From: Massalongia carnosa
Taxonomy: Eukaryota
Length of the DNA stretch: 64,000 nt
Direction: 5' to 3'
Assembly: GCA_965645245.1 (NCBI GenBank)
Contig: OZ287070.1
Location: 744,001 to 808,000, forward strand
The translations under genes and the position numbers were made by a program. Under the pieces are notes generated by a model. That model ran no database searches. It was not told the DNA's origin and worked only from the letters and a program-made list of their open reading frames with translations. Within the stretch, counting starts at the first letter, position 1. Each line of letters begins with the position of its first letter. Shown here piece by piece: positions 35,246-47,768 of the stretch.

Positions 35246-36235
35246 ATCTGCTTCCTAGATATCTGTCCCGAGTTGCGCGTTCTGATCTATGATCACCTCT
35301 TCGACCAGCCAAACAATACGATTCTAGGAATCTCCCGTGAACCCCAGCATGACTATGAATACGGCCCTCCAAGTAAATGGATCGCCGACTCGCGCCAGCA
35401 AGGCCTTGTCTATTCTAGTGATAATGACCGTGCGAACCCTACCAACTCTAGCATGCTACTCACCTGCAAAGTCGTTAACGAGGAAGCTACGCCGATCTTC
35501 TACGGCGCCAACAAAATTGTGCTTTACGCCGAGGACAACAACGATATTTTCTACTGGTTGCTCGACATCGGCGACACAAATCGGCGCGCAATCCGCCACT
35601 TAGAGCTTGGATACGCGTACGGGGTCGAGATCGCGTCTGGGAGGGGGAACTTTCATGGCATCGTGGCGCGCATCAATGAGATGGATGAGTCGCAAGAGGA
35701 GGAGATTCAAAAGCATCGCGGCCAATTGTTGAAAGTAGCACAGCGCATGGAAAGTAAGATGGTGCGGTTAATCATCCGGACGCTAAACCTGCTCGTCATC
35801 AATCAGAATCTTGTTAGCCTGGCCGTTTACCTTCCCGGTGTAGATGGCGGCGACATTTGGGACATCCCAAACGATAACATTTACTTCGCCGAGGAGATAT
35901 TTTCCAACTCGACCACGAACGTATATGCGTGTATCCCGAACGCGCTACGGAAGATGGTTGGGATCCAAACGCTCACGATTGGATATACAAAGGACATTGT
36001 GCTGGCGGAAGAGATCGCCAGGGATATCGGGACGAAGGAGCTAATCATTCGTGTTCATCCGGAAGGCAATTCACTTGGGCTAAACACGGAGGAGCGGGCG
36101 CTCTGGTCGGATGCTGGATGGTCACTGGATGGGTCCAAGGCACATAAGTGGTTGACTCAGGAGAAGCAGAGGGGAAATGAACTAGAGCATGCTGAGAAAT
36201 ATTCAGAATCCAACAAGGCGAAAGGATGCAACTAA
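35246..36235 (+). CDS. Hypothetical fungal protein with N-terminal F-box-like 'FLDLPxELRxxIY' motif; first exon upstream uncertain (possibly from 35114)
   Basis: Acceptor CTGAC...GATAG ending at 35245, then ICFLDICPELRVLIYDHLF...MLLTCKVVNEEATPIFYGAN...WLLDIGDTNRRAIRHLEL; uninterrupted ~330-codon exon. Confidence 0.75.
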   Translation: MCFLDICPELRVLIYDHLFDQPNNTILGISREPQHDYEYGPPSKWIADSRQQGLVYSSDNDRANPTNSSMLLTCKVVNEEATPIFYGANKIVLYAEDNNDIFYWLLDIGDTNRRAIRHLELGYAYGVEIASGRGNFHGIVARINEMDESQEEEIQKHRGQLLKVAQRMESKMVRLIIRTLNLLVINQNLVSLAVYLPGVDGGDIWDIPNDNIYFAEEIFSNSTTNVYACIPNALRKMVGIQTLTIGYTKDIVLAEEIARDIGTKELIIRVHPEGNSLGLNTEERALWSDAGWSLDGSKAHKWLTQEKQRGNELEHAEKYSESNKAKGCN

Positions 36236-37289
36236 ACCACGTAGCCGGCTGGCTATATGCCACCATTTGGACAAATCACGTTACGGAACAGGCTATAATT
36301 AGCAATCCTTGAAGATCAATGATCTATATATGAGTTTCGCTCCAGGAGCTCAATCGCTGGTCAGCAAACTGCTCTGCCCAACCTCTCTACTCAAGGCTAT
36401 TGATGACTTAGATGTGGCGGAGAACATCAGCCAGATCATCCATTTGATTCTGTGAAGCTAGATATCTCAACAGATGATTTTCTTTAGTCAAGCCATCTAC
36501 AGAAGAATGTGGATCGATAGGGGGGCCAAGCTTGAGGATTTGAGTAAGCCCCAACCCCTGTAGTAGTTCTGCCGTTTTTTTGGACGGTAGTGGGTGATGA
36601 CCACAGGATATGATAACTTCAAATGATAAACATAAGTTCCCCTAGCTCGGGAAATGGTAATCGAAGTCATTATTTTCCAGATCGCGCGCTCCTCGAGCTG
36701 CACTTTGATGATGCCTTAAGCTTTATGAATATTTTAAGGTCATTGAAGTTTTTTCAGTTCGAAATTAATTTCAATCTTAAAACAAATCGACTGATCGACA
36801 TCATTGAAGACCCCTCTTCACTATGTGACTGTCCGCCTGGGCATATGGATACCGCCTCCTGAGTCAGGGTCTAGAAACAGGGGTATTTTTTTCCTTTCAA
36901 ATTCTTCGTAAAGGCCGAATTGGAGGTATATTTAGAAGATCTTGAAGACATTAGCGAATGTTGGAACGAAAGGTTGAAAGTGGTGGTGTAATGGAAGTGG
37001 ACGACTGTGATTTTCGAGGAAAGATACATCATACATGTACTTCCTTTTGACATTAGAAAGGACAAGGTTTTGTGAACCAAACTCCCCTAGGACTAAAATA
37101 AATCAGTCACAAAAGGTTCTTAGTCAAGAGGGTTTTCGAGTCAATGAGGGTTTAATATGCTAAATTGTAGGGTATATGAGTAGAACCCAGCAGAAATTGG
37201 CCCATACTAAGTCTAGATATGCTAAATGGTTTGTAAGTAGAGAAAGCAGCTGCCTCTACTCGAACCAGCCGCGAGGAGTCCAACGGCAT

Positions 37290-38386
37290 ATCTAAATATA
37301 TAACTCCTTATAGGCCTTCAACAGCCTCGTGGGTGAACTATCCTCGTGAGTGAGATTAGGGTTGTACATACACGTGAGGGTTCTCTCCACCTATAGGCCC
37401 CTATACACAGTTATCAGCTATCATTCCACAATCTCTTTCACCGCCAGCATAAATATATCGGAAGAAAAGAGAAATCCGCTCACCTATTCTCCGTATTCCA
37501 GAAGATCTTATCCCCATACCCCAAGCCTACAATCTGCGGCAACAGCCTGCGCATTCAGTCAATCACCCCATCTGTGTCCAACCCACAGCCCTGATTTGCG
37601 TTACTCGCGAGCGTCAGCTCCGTGATCCAAATGCGCCTGTCGGGGAAATCATCATATAAGGACTGAACCTGTGCTAACGCGATCTTGGTGTCCAGGCTGT
37701 ATATATGGGCGCTGACGATCGGGATCTTCACAAAACAGCCCGCGCAGTTGTCGCGGAATGCTTTTAGCCAGTTGCCATTTGTGAACGCTACAGCTGGTAA
37801 GATAAACTGGGTGGTGGTTTTGGCATTGAAGAGGCTTCGGTAAGTGGGCAGCGTCGGCCGGGGATGTGAGCGGCGTGAAGCCCATGAACGAGTAATCAGG
37901 TTCGTTGAAAAGTTCGAGGAAGGGAGGAGGGGAAGGTGATGTTATGGCAGAAAGGGCGGCGTCAATTTTGGATGGGTCCATGCAGATAAGTATTTGGGCG
38001 TCATTCAGGGACGGAGTTGTGGCGGCTGGTTTGCCCGATAGGAGATTGTAGTGCAGGTTGGCGCTAGGAGGGACACGAGAGAATCCAACTAATCATATGG
38101 AAGGGTCTGTTTAGTACTAATGTGGTGAAGAGAAGCTGAAAACAAAAGAGAAGACAGCGATTGCAGGGGCTATATACTCCATTTATCCACGTCATGAGAT
38201 TTGAGCGAGTTCCAAGTAGTATCAGGCCAGCCGGAGTACCTAGGAGTGACGATATTGAAAACTGTGTTCCGGAATCCGGGGGCGTTGTATATGACGAGTT
38301 TCAAGTGGCGACGCAGCGCTGCCTACAGCGAATAGCACAATTTTCAAAAGAATGGACGACTTTATGGCAGATCGATGATATGACAT
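37290..38386 (-). pseudogene. Secreted glycoside hydrolase (GH128 / Glyco_hydro_cc-like) pseudogene
   Basis: Signal peptide (MSYHRSAIKSSILLKIVLFAVGSAAS), FLELFNEPDY, ISPAVAFTNGNWLKAFRDNCAGC, SAHIY and RIWITEL. Frameshifts near 38280 and 37840 and an in-frame stop (VID*MRRLLPQI). The 3' end is approximate. Confidence 0.72.
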
Positions 38387-38949
38387 AAAAACTGTAATAA
38401 ATGAAAATAAATGCAGAAGCTTGAGATAGCATTGGGGAAGCAGATGTAGCAGTAATTGTACCTGACGTTGGATGGGCGCAGATCATTTAAATTCAGGATG
38501 AGGCAAGATCCTTCATGCCGTTTCACAAAGACAGCAGCAAGGGCCTATTCCGTAGCTAATATGCTGCTGACCAACACCGCCGCAAATTCCTATACCAATG
38601 TGGATCTAGGCTTGAACGAAGTACCTGATAGGCACGGCATTATTGTTCACCACTGAACGAGAGATTGGTATGAGATGCTGTTTGACCCTCCAGCTAACAA
38701 AACAGAACGGTTTCCAATCGAAAATGCCAATGGTGCGTTAAAATGAATGTGAAATGACGAGGTGAGCCTTTTCATCTCTCAAGCTGTGGTGGATTTTGCG
38801 CGGCAATTAAATGGCCGGAAAATGTGATGCATCTCTCGCTCGAGACCAGGTTCGGAGCATGAAAATTCGTGGTCTTCCATTGTTAGCTCTCATTCTTTAC
38901 GGCCTCTAATCGTCGGCCTCGCTTAGCTGCCTCCATACGAGGTGTACCA

Positions 38950-41650
38950 GGGTGACTGTAATTTTCCTATCTTTTAGCTGCCGCAGCCGCTTAATAAGCA
39001 TCCTACCCCTACCTACCTACATCTCCCTACATACCAACTCACCCTGCTGTCGCCAAGTTTTGAAGTTATTCAACTCGCCGACATAGAACCCTCCCCCGGC
39101 GCCCCCCCGGCGCCCACATAAAAATTCCCGCCGCTGCCCACATAAAAAAATTTCCCCGCGGCCCCTAATAAAATCCCCCCTATTTCCCTCTTTATTCGTC
39201 ATCATCCCGCCGACGATTCCTACTCTCCTCCGCCGCCATCGTCATCGCCAGCGTCGTCGTCTCCTCATCTTCCAACTCCTGCAAGGCCTCCTCCACCCTC
39301 CGTCTTCTGATTGGTCCAGTCAACTTCTCCAACCAGTCTAGCCATCGCTTTATTTGTGGATTTCTTTCCTCGGCAGTCCATTCGGCGGTGTACTCGGCTA
39401 TTTCGTAGTATTTGTCTTTAATTGCGTCCAAAACCTCTCTCATCTGTAGCATATGTCGATCCGATCTTTCTACCTCCTCGTGATGATCAAAATCCAGCCT
39501 AGTCGACGTTTCATACACCTCGAAGCCGCTATCCTCAAACATCTCCGCCCAGACTGTCCAATTGACTTCCTGAAACGCGTCGAAAACGATGTTATAGTGC
39601 CACAAGTGTCTGCATGGGAGTTGATACTGACGCCAAAATAGACAGTCTACAGGACAGATTAGCTCATCAGGCAGCTCACCTGCCGGCTTATCACCGTCTG
39701 CTAAACTTCTAGCGGCTAGCTTCCATTGATCAACTATGAGCATTTGCACGGGATAGGGAAATTTTCGAAGATATGGGCATTCCTGACATTCGGGAGTCAT
39801 AGTAGTACGAAAATTAGCCTCTTCGCTGCGGGCTCGATTTTCCCATTGATCCCCGATTCGAATCACATGGCTTGCAGCCCCGATCAGAGAAAAAGTCATG
39901 AAATGCGCTTTACCTACAGTACTAATTAGTATGACGAATGAAGCTCAAGAAATAGTCTCACCGTCAGCATGCTTTTTAATAGATGCGTGCCAGGATTCTA
40001 CCGCATTAGTCGTCATGCACTGCAGTAAAATGCATGAATGCTGACGTGCGTAATTAGCCCATTTGGATTTAGTCTGCACCCATTCTCGATCTATATATTG
40101 ACGTTTTTCTTCAGGGCAGCTGCCAATGCCTTTTTGAGACTATCATCGCATCCGAGCTCCGTTTTTCTAAAATATAGAGCATCATACAAATGCTTTTTTG
40201 CATTTTTGCAATTGGGACCGACCAATTTTCGATTCAGGGTACGCTCGGAGTGAGTCCGACAAAGTAGATGAGTAACCTCCATCTCCCCGTCGATCAACCC
40301 TCGAAATGCAAGACTGACCCCTCGCTGTTCAGCTGCAGAATCGTCGGTGATAATGTATCGAAGTCTCCAAGCTCTAGACCATCGCTTAATCTGACGAAGA
40401 AACTCTCCTATAATGTCACCGTCCTCGTTACTACTCAGCATGTGGGCTCCGGGAATCCAGCTTCCACATTCGTCACGAATCATCAATGTAAATATCTTCC
40501 ATTTAGCTGATTGGTGTTATGAGTACTGTCCATCAATGTCAGATGTCCACGTTTCATCAATACTGATAACCGAGATCTTTTTGCAAATGCTATTGCATGT
40601 GATCTTTCTCTATCAATGAGACGAGTTATTTCAAGCTTTGCAGCTAGAACATCTTCACCCAATGCCTGCAATGCATCAAAACAGCTATTCAATTGATTAA
40701 TCCATGACTCCCTAGCTCCCTGAATTCGTGCATCAGGATTCTGCTTTTTAAAGCTTCTTCCAGCATTGTATACGGTTTGAAAGTTGAAATTCGACCCCCC
40801 GGCCTGTTTCAAAGCTTCAAGATTCCCTTCCCATCTAACGCCCTGCATGTTTAAATTGACGTCTCCCGGGGTATATCCTTTTGCCACCTCTTTACCAGCC
40901 GTCAGTCTGATGGCGGAGTTGATTTTGATATTGTCCACAACCTCCAAAATGTGATTATGTTGCAGCTGATTAACTGAGTCGTCAAGCTTCTTGTTGACGT
41001 GACGACTCAAAGTCACCGTCAACAATTCATTGATCTCATCAAATTGTTTGATCATAGCCAGCTTTATAGAGCAAGCATCAGTTAACCGCATTCGTTTAGC
41101 ACGTCGTCCTGAACCTTGACTTTTAATGTCAGCATCTTGCTTCCAAAGTCTGCAAAACCAATATGATTTTTGAGTTCTCTTCTTGGTAATAGGCTCCGTG
41201 TGATTATGCACCCAGATGTTGTCCATAAACGGCCAGTATGAAGCATAATTATCCGCAGTCCAAGTTATTGGTGCATCTAATGCAAAGACAAGCTGACGCA
41301 TCGAGACCAGATGAGAAGGTAGAGCCAAGACAGTGGAAATAGGGGTCGAAGCGGAGCGAGAAGATCCTCTGGCGATGGTGAGCTGACTATCCAGCTGACT
41401 ATCTAGCTGACTGTCGACGTCGCTTTCGGGCTTGGTGGTATCTAAGTACGAAGACATCTTGAATAGCCTCAATAAATGAGAGCAGCGAGGTATGAGAAAA
41501 GTGATAATAAGGGGTAACCAGGGGATGAGAATTACGGTTGGAAGACGCGACATTAATATTTACGAGATTTGGTCATGTGCCAGCTTACTAATTGGCTGGG
41601 GCAGCTAAATGGTATGGAAAATAGAAAACCTCTGAGTTTTACAGCCTCCC
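38950..41650 (-). mobile_element. Mutator-like (MULE) transposon, 2701 bp, with 9-bp TSD
   Basis: Direct repeat GGTGTACCA at 38941-38949 and 41651-41659; imperfect termini GGGTGACTGTAA / TTACAGCCTCCC; MULE transposase inside. Confidence 0.92.
39192..41457 (-). pseudogene. MULE transposase with SWIM finger, two single-base frameshifts
   Basis: WFCRL...CSIKL...HNH DNA-binding region, LMDSTHNTN, YIITDDSAAEQRGV, HLLCRTH, TTNAVESWHASIK and the SWIM finger CPVDCLFWRQYQLPCRH. Frameshifts at ~40503 and ~40115; intron near 39915-39961. Confidence 0.88.
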
Positions 41651-41999
41651 GGTGTACCACCTCACGTGCACCTCTAGTCGGGGAAAGCGATCTGCGTAGT
41701 TTCAATCTCAGGATTCACCCATTTTACCACCTATTTTGCAGCTTTTTGCAACACTTCTCGACCGCAACCTACGACCGTTAGCTGTTATTAATCATACCAT
41801 AGATAGATATCAACTGCACATCCTAACTGCTCATTTATCAACCGGGAATGCATTATATTTTTCCAATTTCACCAGTTTTATCACCTATTTACAACTCATT
41901 TGCGACGCCGTCTCATCATGATTTGCAACCTCCATTTGCTTTATTTTCAACCTCATTTGCAAATATTATTAATAAGTAGATATATATCAACTATGCGTT

Positions 42000-43148
42000 C
42001 TAATAGTTACTCCTAGTCTGACGATAGCCCCCTTGATAAAAGTTAAACTGCTCATCCTCATCACCCTCATCACCCTCATCATTCTCATTATTCTTAGTGT
42101 TGATCTCTGCAAGGACATCTTGGATAGCCTTATCATGCCAATGCTTATAGGGTTGAAATACGCCCACATCAAGGGGTTGCATACAATGAGTCAGATGTGG
42201 TATCAGGGGGAGAGGGCGAATGTGATTTTCATTGGTAAGCTTTATAAACTCAGGGGTGCAATAACTAAGTCCCATGATTATCCATGAGCATCAATTTCTA
42301 CTGCTTTGTAGGCCCCGAGTTTGTATTCGCAATGAAATGCTTCAAAAATTCAATTGCTATTTTATCGGTGATGAACCCACTTTTTGATACTTCAGTCAGA
42401 GTCCCCGTGGGCAGCCCCTCTTGGAACCAGTTCTGCATTATTCTACGACCTTGCATAATTAAAACGGGAGAAGGTGGTTGATGACCGGCGGCGTTGATGC
42501 TTTCGATTATGATGAGAGATTTGCGATTTTCTGGACTGATTGAATAGAACTCCTTAATATCTGATGGAACTAGAATTTCATGACCCTCCATACACTCAAC
42601 TCGAAATCCTGCTTTATCAAAGTTCCAGATATCTTGTGAATGAGTTATCCCCAACTCTGCAAGAACCCGCTGATATCGATCAAACCATAATCTTACATCT
42701 GACTCCCGAGCTGCAGTATATCGAACAACTGCCAGCGGCTTAGTCTTTATCTTGTGCAGGCCATTGTCTTTCCACCGTTGCCTAAACCACCGCGGACTTG
42801 GATCATTGAATTCGGCATCTTGAGCACGTTTCAGAGTCTTAATGGCAGCAAAAGCCACTTTATGAGTAGGTTGAATGCCATACGCATTCAGAGATCGAAT
42901 GAATTCGTGAATGGCTCTGACCTGATGCTCATCCAGTATTTTGTTCTACCCTTCAATTTTCTTCGGCGGCATCTTTTCACGTTCAATTGAACTGTATAGA
43001 GTGATGTCGACGAGGTTGAAGATTCGAGCAGCGCAAACGATGCTCTCCTTGGGGTTTTCTAATAAAACTGCTTAGCATTTTGCACGCGCGTTGCAATAGA
43101 ATCACTGGTTTTAATAAGGTTCTTATTCATGATGCTGCTGCTATTCAT
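42000..43148 (-). pseudogene. pogo/Fot1 (DDE_1) transposase remnant, C-terminally truncated
   Basis: IWNFDKAGFRV, PENRKSLIIIESINAAG, SGFITDKIAIEFLKHF, *KLMLMDNHG and PHLTHCMQPLDVGVFQPYKHWH; at least two in-frame TAGs and a frameshift. Confidence 0.88.
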
Positions 43149-43682
43149 GATTGAGGTGGGGAGCGGTTGATGAAATAGGGAGAGAGTGATTGACGAAATA
43201 GGAGGCATGCAACTGATGCGGTCGCGATTGAATAAAGGTGAATATCCCGGTTAATCAATGAGTAGTTAGGATGTGCAGTTGATATCTATCTATGGTATGA
43301 ATAATAACAGCTAACGGTCGTAGGTTGCGGTCGAGAAGTGTTGCAAAAAGCTGCAAAATAGGTGGTAAAATGGGTGAATCCTGAGATTGAAACTACGCAG
43401 ATCGCTTGCCTACGCAGACCGCTTTCCCCGACTAGAGGTGGTACACCTCGTATGGAGGCAGCTAAGCGAGGCCGACGATTAAGCCTGGCTACCGACATAC
43501 GACTGCTTTGCAACACCTAGCGTTAGTTCAGTCGTCAAGCATTTCAAAAATAAAGTTGAAGTCTCAAACAATTGATAGGCTAGTCCCCTGAAGGTATGAG
43601 ATCCTTCGTTGATTGGATATCGTGGCAAACTAGTAACAGGTGGGTGGAGGTGCTGTGTTTTTGATTCAAATGTCTTAATATC

Positions 43683-43956
43683 TGTTGAAATAGGTGTATG
43701 ACTATGGCTATATGGCTATGTAATAATAAAGGTATGTATGACCGTGATGTTAAGGATGAAGAGTTGCTAGGCAGCAATCTTTTCCTATTACTGGTCACCC
43801 CCTTCTAAGCGAGGTGATCTTATCTTATCTTGGGACTAAGCCTAATGCGGCATCTACGGTTTCCGTAGATGATCTGTCCATCTATGGCAGCCGTAGGTGC
43901 TATGTTCATCGTACTGATAGGTGTTCATTGTGCTGGTAGGAATTGGATATTCAACA
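43683..43956 (-). repeat. 3' LTR of Copia element
   Basis: TGTTGAAATAGG...GGATATTCAACA; direct repeat of 48624-48897 with one difference seen (43885 T vs 48826 G). Confidence 0.95.
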
Positions 43957-43963
43957 CCCCCCC
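43957..43963 (-). other. Polypurine tract of Copia element
   Basis: G7 on the minus strand directly next to the 3' LTR. Confidence 0.75.
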
Positions 43964-44022
43964 AAGTCCTACCAGTACTTGTTTCCATCGTGGATTCAAC
44001 CGTGGTTGAACTTCTTTACCTC

Positions 44023-47000
44023 TCATGTCTGTTTGTCCATGTTGAGCTGTCTGATAAAGGAGAAGAACTTGACGTGCGTGAGGGTTTTTGTCAGTCCATC
44101 TGCAATCATGTCTTCGGTCGGAACATAGGTGAGGTCGATTCTTCCTTCTAGCACCTCGTTTCGTATCAAGTAGTGCTGAATGTCGATATGCTTGGTCCTG
44201 GAGTGTAATACGGGGTTATTGGCCAGTGCTATGGCGCTTTGATTGTCGCCTTTCAATGCAATTGTGCCTTCTCCTCTTAACACGTTTATTGTCGGGGATC
44301 CGTCATCAGAAGTCGTCAATCCGAGTTCGGTCATCAGTAAACGTAGCCATGTTGCCTCCTTTGCTGCTAAGGTGAGTGCCATATACTCTGCTTCGGTTGA
44401 TGACAATGTGACGGTTATTTGTCTTTTGGAACACCAGCTTATTGGTCCATTGTTCAGCATGAACACATAACCCCAGTTGGATTTTCGCTGCTATTTGTCG
44501 AAGGTGATGTCTCTATTCTTGGTACCGCTAAGGTATCTGAGAATGTGTTTGGCCGCTTCCATATGTGTTTTGCCTGGATTCTTTGCATTTCGACTGATTA
44601 CGGACGTTGCGAAAGCTACGTCTGGCCTGGTTTCTATCATTGCGAACATGATGGATCCGACCATGGTTTGATATTGCTTTATGTCCTTGTCGGAGTCCTG
44701 AAATTCATTGATGAAGAGACAGCCTTCTCGCATGGGAGTGCTTTTATGGTTTTGTTGACTCGATCTCGTTCGACTTTAAGGCCTAGATAGTAGCTGATTG
44801 GTCCCATGTCTACCATCTTGAAAGCTAGCTTGAGCTGTTTCTTGACTTCGGTGATCATCGGGGAACCCTTGGGCCTATGATGTTCAAATCGTCAACGAAA
44901 GAGGTAACAATGTGTCCTTTTATCCCTTGAGGTGTGACGAAAATGTTATGATCTGCGTGGAGTTTCTCCAATCCTAATTTGCTCAATAGAAAAGCTGACA
45001 GTCGTTCATACCAGGGACGCGGAGACTGTTCAAACCGTATAGGGCTTTGTTCAACCTGCACACCATGCCAGCTGTGTCATATCCTTTCGGCATGTGGACA
45101 TAGATGAGTTGATAATGAGACCGTTCAGAAAAGCTGTCACTATATCCAGTCGCTCGATGTGCAGATAATGATGAGCAGCTAACGCGAATAGCAAGCGAAA
45201 AGCCATTGTTTGGCCATAGATGCAAAGGTTTGATCGAAATCTACTCAGTATTGTTGGAGATATCCTTGACAACCCATCTGGCTTTAAAGCGAACGATCTT
45301 TTCATTTACGTCCCGTTTCAGCTTGAATACTCATTTGCCACTTAAGACTATATGTTCGGGTTCCATGGACTCGGTAGGTAATGTATCCCATCTTTGAATG
45401 TGGCGTCTTCATGAATTCGTAAGTTCTTGACCCTAATGACCTTGTAGTCTTTTTCCATAAAGACGCGATAGATGGTGCTTCTGTCATATCCACACAGGAT
45501 TCCTTTCTGAGCCCTCGGAGAAAATTTAGCAGCCTTGCTGTTTATTCCTTTTCGCTCTTCTTCGTGAATTAATGCACAGACTGTAGATCCGAGAATTCTC
45601 AGGTGATCCAGCTTAGGTGACTTCTTCTCGAAGATCTCATACGGGGTTTTACCTGCTAAGGCGTTGGTTGGTCTGACGTTCTTGGTGTGAACCATGGCTA
45701 GAACCACTTCTGCCTACAAGTAGTCTGGAATGTCTCTGGCAATGACACTGCATCTTGTCATGTCTATGATGGTTCTGCCCATTCGTTCCGCGACTCCGTT
45801 TTCATCTTGAGAGTATGGAGCAGCTGTTTCAAACGTTATGCCTTGTTCCAAGGACCAAACGTCTGACTTGTGACTGCGAAGCTCCGCGCCGAAGTCAGTG
45901 CGAAAACTGCTTATGAGTTTAGCCTTTCCGGATTTGTTTTGAGCCATGCTGTAGTATGTCAACAAGTGATCAAACCATTCACTCTTCTTGTGTCCGGTAT
46001 AGACATGAGTGTATCTGCTAGCATCACAGGTGAAAGGAAAGAGGTAAAGTTCTTCAAGAAGTCCTGATGGCTTGATTAGTCCCACTAGGTCAGAGTTTAT
46101 CTTTTGAAAGAGCTCTGTGGCCTTCTCTTGCCGTGTTCGGTTATATATCTTTTTGGCTTTTCCCATTTCGCATGCATGGCAAAACCAACCGTGGTTGATA
46201 TCGTCATCGTACGTTATGTCTAGCGTTTTCAGATATTTTCGACACGTTGCTATGTTGAGATGACCAAGCCTTCCATGCCATGTAGTGAGTTTTGATTTGA
46301 CAGATAATGACGTCCAGTCCTTGATAGGTGTCCTCGTCCACTTTGCTCAAATGCATCCTCAAATCTGGAGTGTCAATGGTCGTTGAAATGTTGGTTGATG
46401 TATGAGATAAGTCCGCCTTCGTTTCTAACGAGGTAGTCTTTTGTTCCTTTGCTCTTCCGGATTCGAGCGAACTTCTATGTCTTTTTAACTGTGGAAACTT
46501 CTGCAAACAGGTATCTAGCCAATGACGAGTGTTCTTTCTCTTGACACATTAGGAGAAGGTGCAGTTCCCTGATGGGGCTCGACCTCTTGAGTCAGGTGTG
46601 CTGATATGAAGTGCCTTGGTGATTTTCATGTTGACATAATAAGCAATAATGGTCTTCATTGCTTCCGACAGGTTTGTGGTTTCGTATGTTCAATCTCGTC
46701 GAAGTTGGGCTATCAATGGGGAATAGACGTCTGGTGTTACCCAGCATCATTCCCTTAAGCATAAACTCCACGGTATGCACATCCACTTTGGCCTTGTCGT
46801 CCAGCATTCCTTTAATCTTGTTTAAAGCGCTCTCGTAATATGCACAGTATAGACTGGTCGTCTCGAAGTCGGTCATCTTCTTGGAACTAACCTTCAGAAT
46901 GATGTCGCTGATGCTCATTGGTGCTATATCTTGGAATCTATCCTTCAGGATTTTCCACATTTCTGCCACATTCTTGTTGTCGATGAGGCTGTAATGGCAC

Positions 47001-47284
47001 TCCGCAACTAATCCGTGAATGATTCCTATAGCCTTGGTCATCTCGGCCTTCTGTCTATTCTTCTAGTCACGCAGTTCTTTTACCAAGATGCTGACTGAAA
47101 GACCTTTGGCGTCGAAGCCTGCTTGTATTAAACCTTCCTCGATGGTTTCAGCGGTGATTTCTGATTGATTCTCCAGAATGGCTCCTTCGCAGTTGTTCTT
47201 GAGCAGAATGCCCTTCGTATAGCTTGCCCATGCCGAATATCTTTCGGCTTTCTCCAAAAGATGTGACGTATCTATGATAGACAT
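44023..47284 (-). pseudogene. Copia gag-pol, fragmented
   Basis: Gag (AEMWKILKDRF), GAG-pre-integrase WHGRLGHLN...CHACEMGK, integrase (FRTDFGAE, APYSQDENGVAERMGRTI), RT (RFKARWVV, LDIVTAFLNG, LNKALYGL, SFVDDL) and RNase H ([45 protein letters not shown]). Many stops and frameshifts. Confidence 0.93.
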
Positions 47285-47768
47285 AATGGGAGAATGGGGA
47301 GCAATTGAACAAGGCGAGAAACTTAGTAGTGACTGAAAGAATGTGGATCTGTGACCTTTCTTATAGACAAGGAAAAAACAGTCCCTCCTTAGCCAGTGTC
47401 CACTCTGATGTCTCAACAGAGAAACCTGTTAGCTTAACATGCTTGTTTGCCATGATGAGAATTTCAACTCCGGCTTTTTCAAGGGTCCAATTGACCAAAA
47501 GCAAATTGATTATTCCAATTTGATTTAACCGGCCTTAGGCCGGTTAGATAATAAGAGGCAACTGCCGCACAATCTCATCTAGTGCCTTAAGGAGGCATAA
47601 TTGCCAAAAAGAAAGGTCTTTGTGCCTTCGATCAATGAGTTTACTAAGCTCTTTGATGTCCGAGGGATTTTGTATTTTTTGCGTGTCCAGAACTCAACAA
47701 CGGGTGAACTGACGCTTTGATGATTTTTGAACCAATGGGGCGCTCAGGGCCAGCGATATACTTTTTTT

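Larger units (their letters stand above)
38909..43479 (-). mobile_element. Decayed pogo/Fot1-like DNA transposon with long (~235-bp) TIRs; left TIR split by a MULE insertion
   Basis: TA|ATCGTCGGCCTCGCTTAGCTGCCTCCATACGAGGTGTACCA at 38907-38949 continues at 41651-41846. Together they are the reverse complement of 43247-43479 (...GGCCGACGAT|TA). Confidence 0.88.

Noticed and set aside
36400..37100. Possible NACHT-like remnant on the minus strand (VDGL near 36490)
   Set aside because: A single short motif in a broken frame is not enough support.
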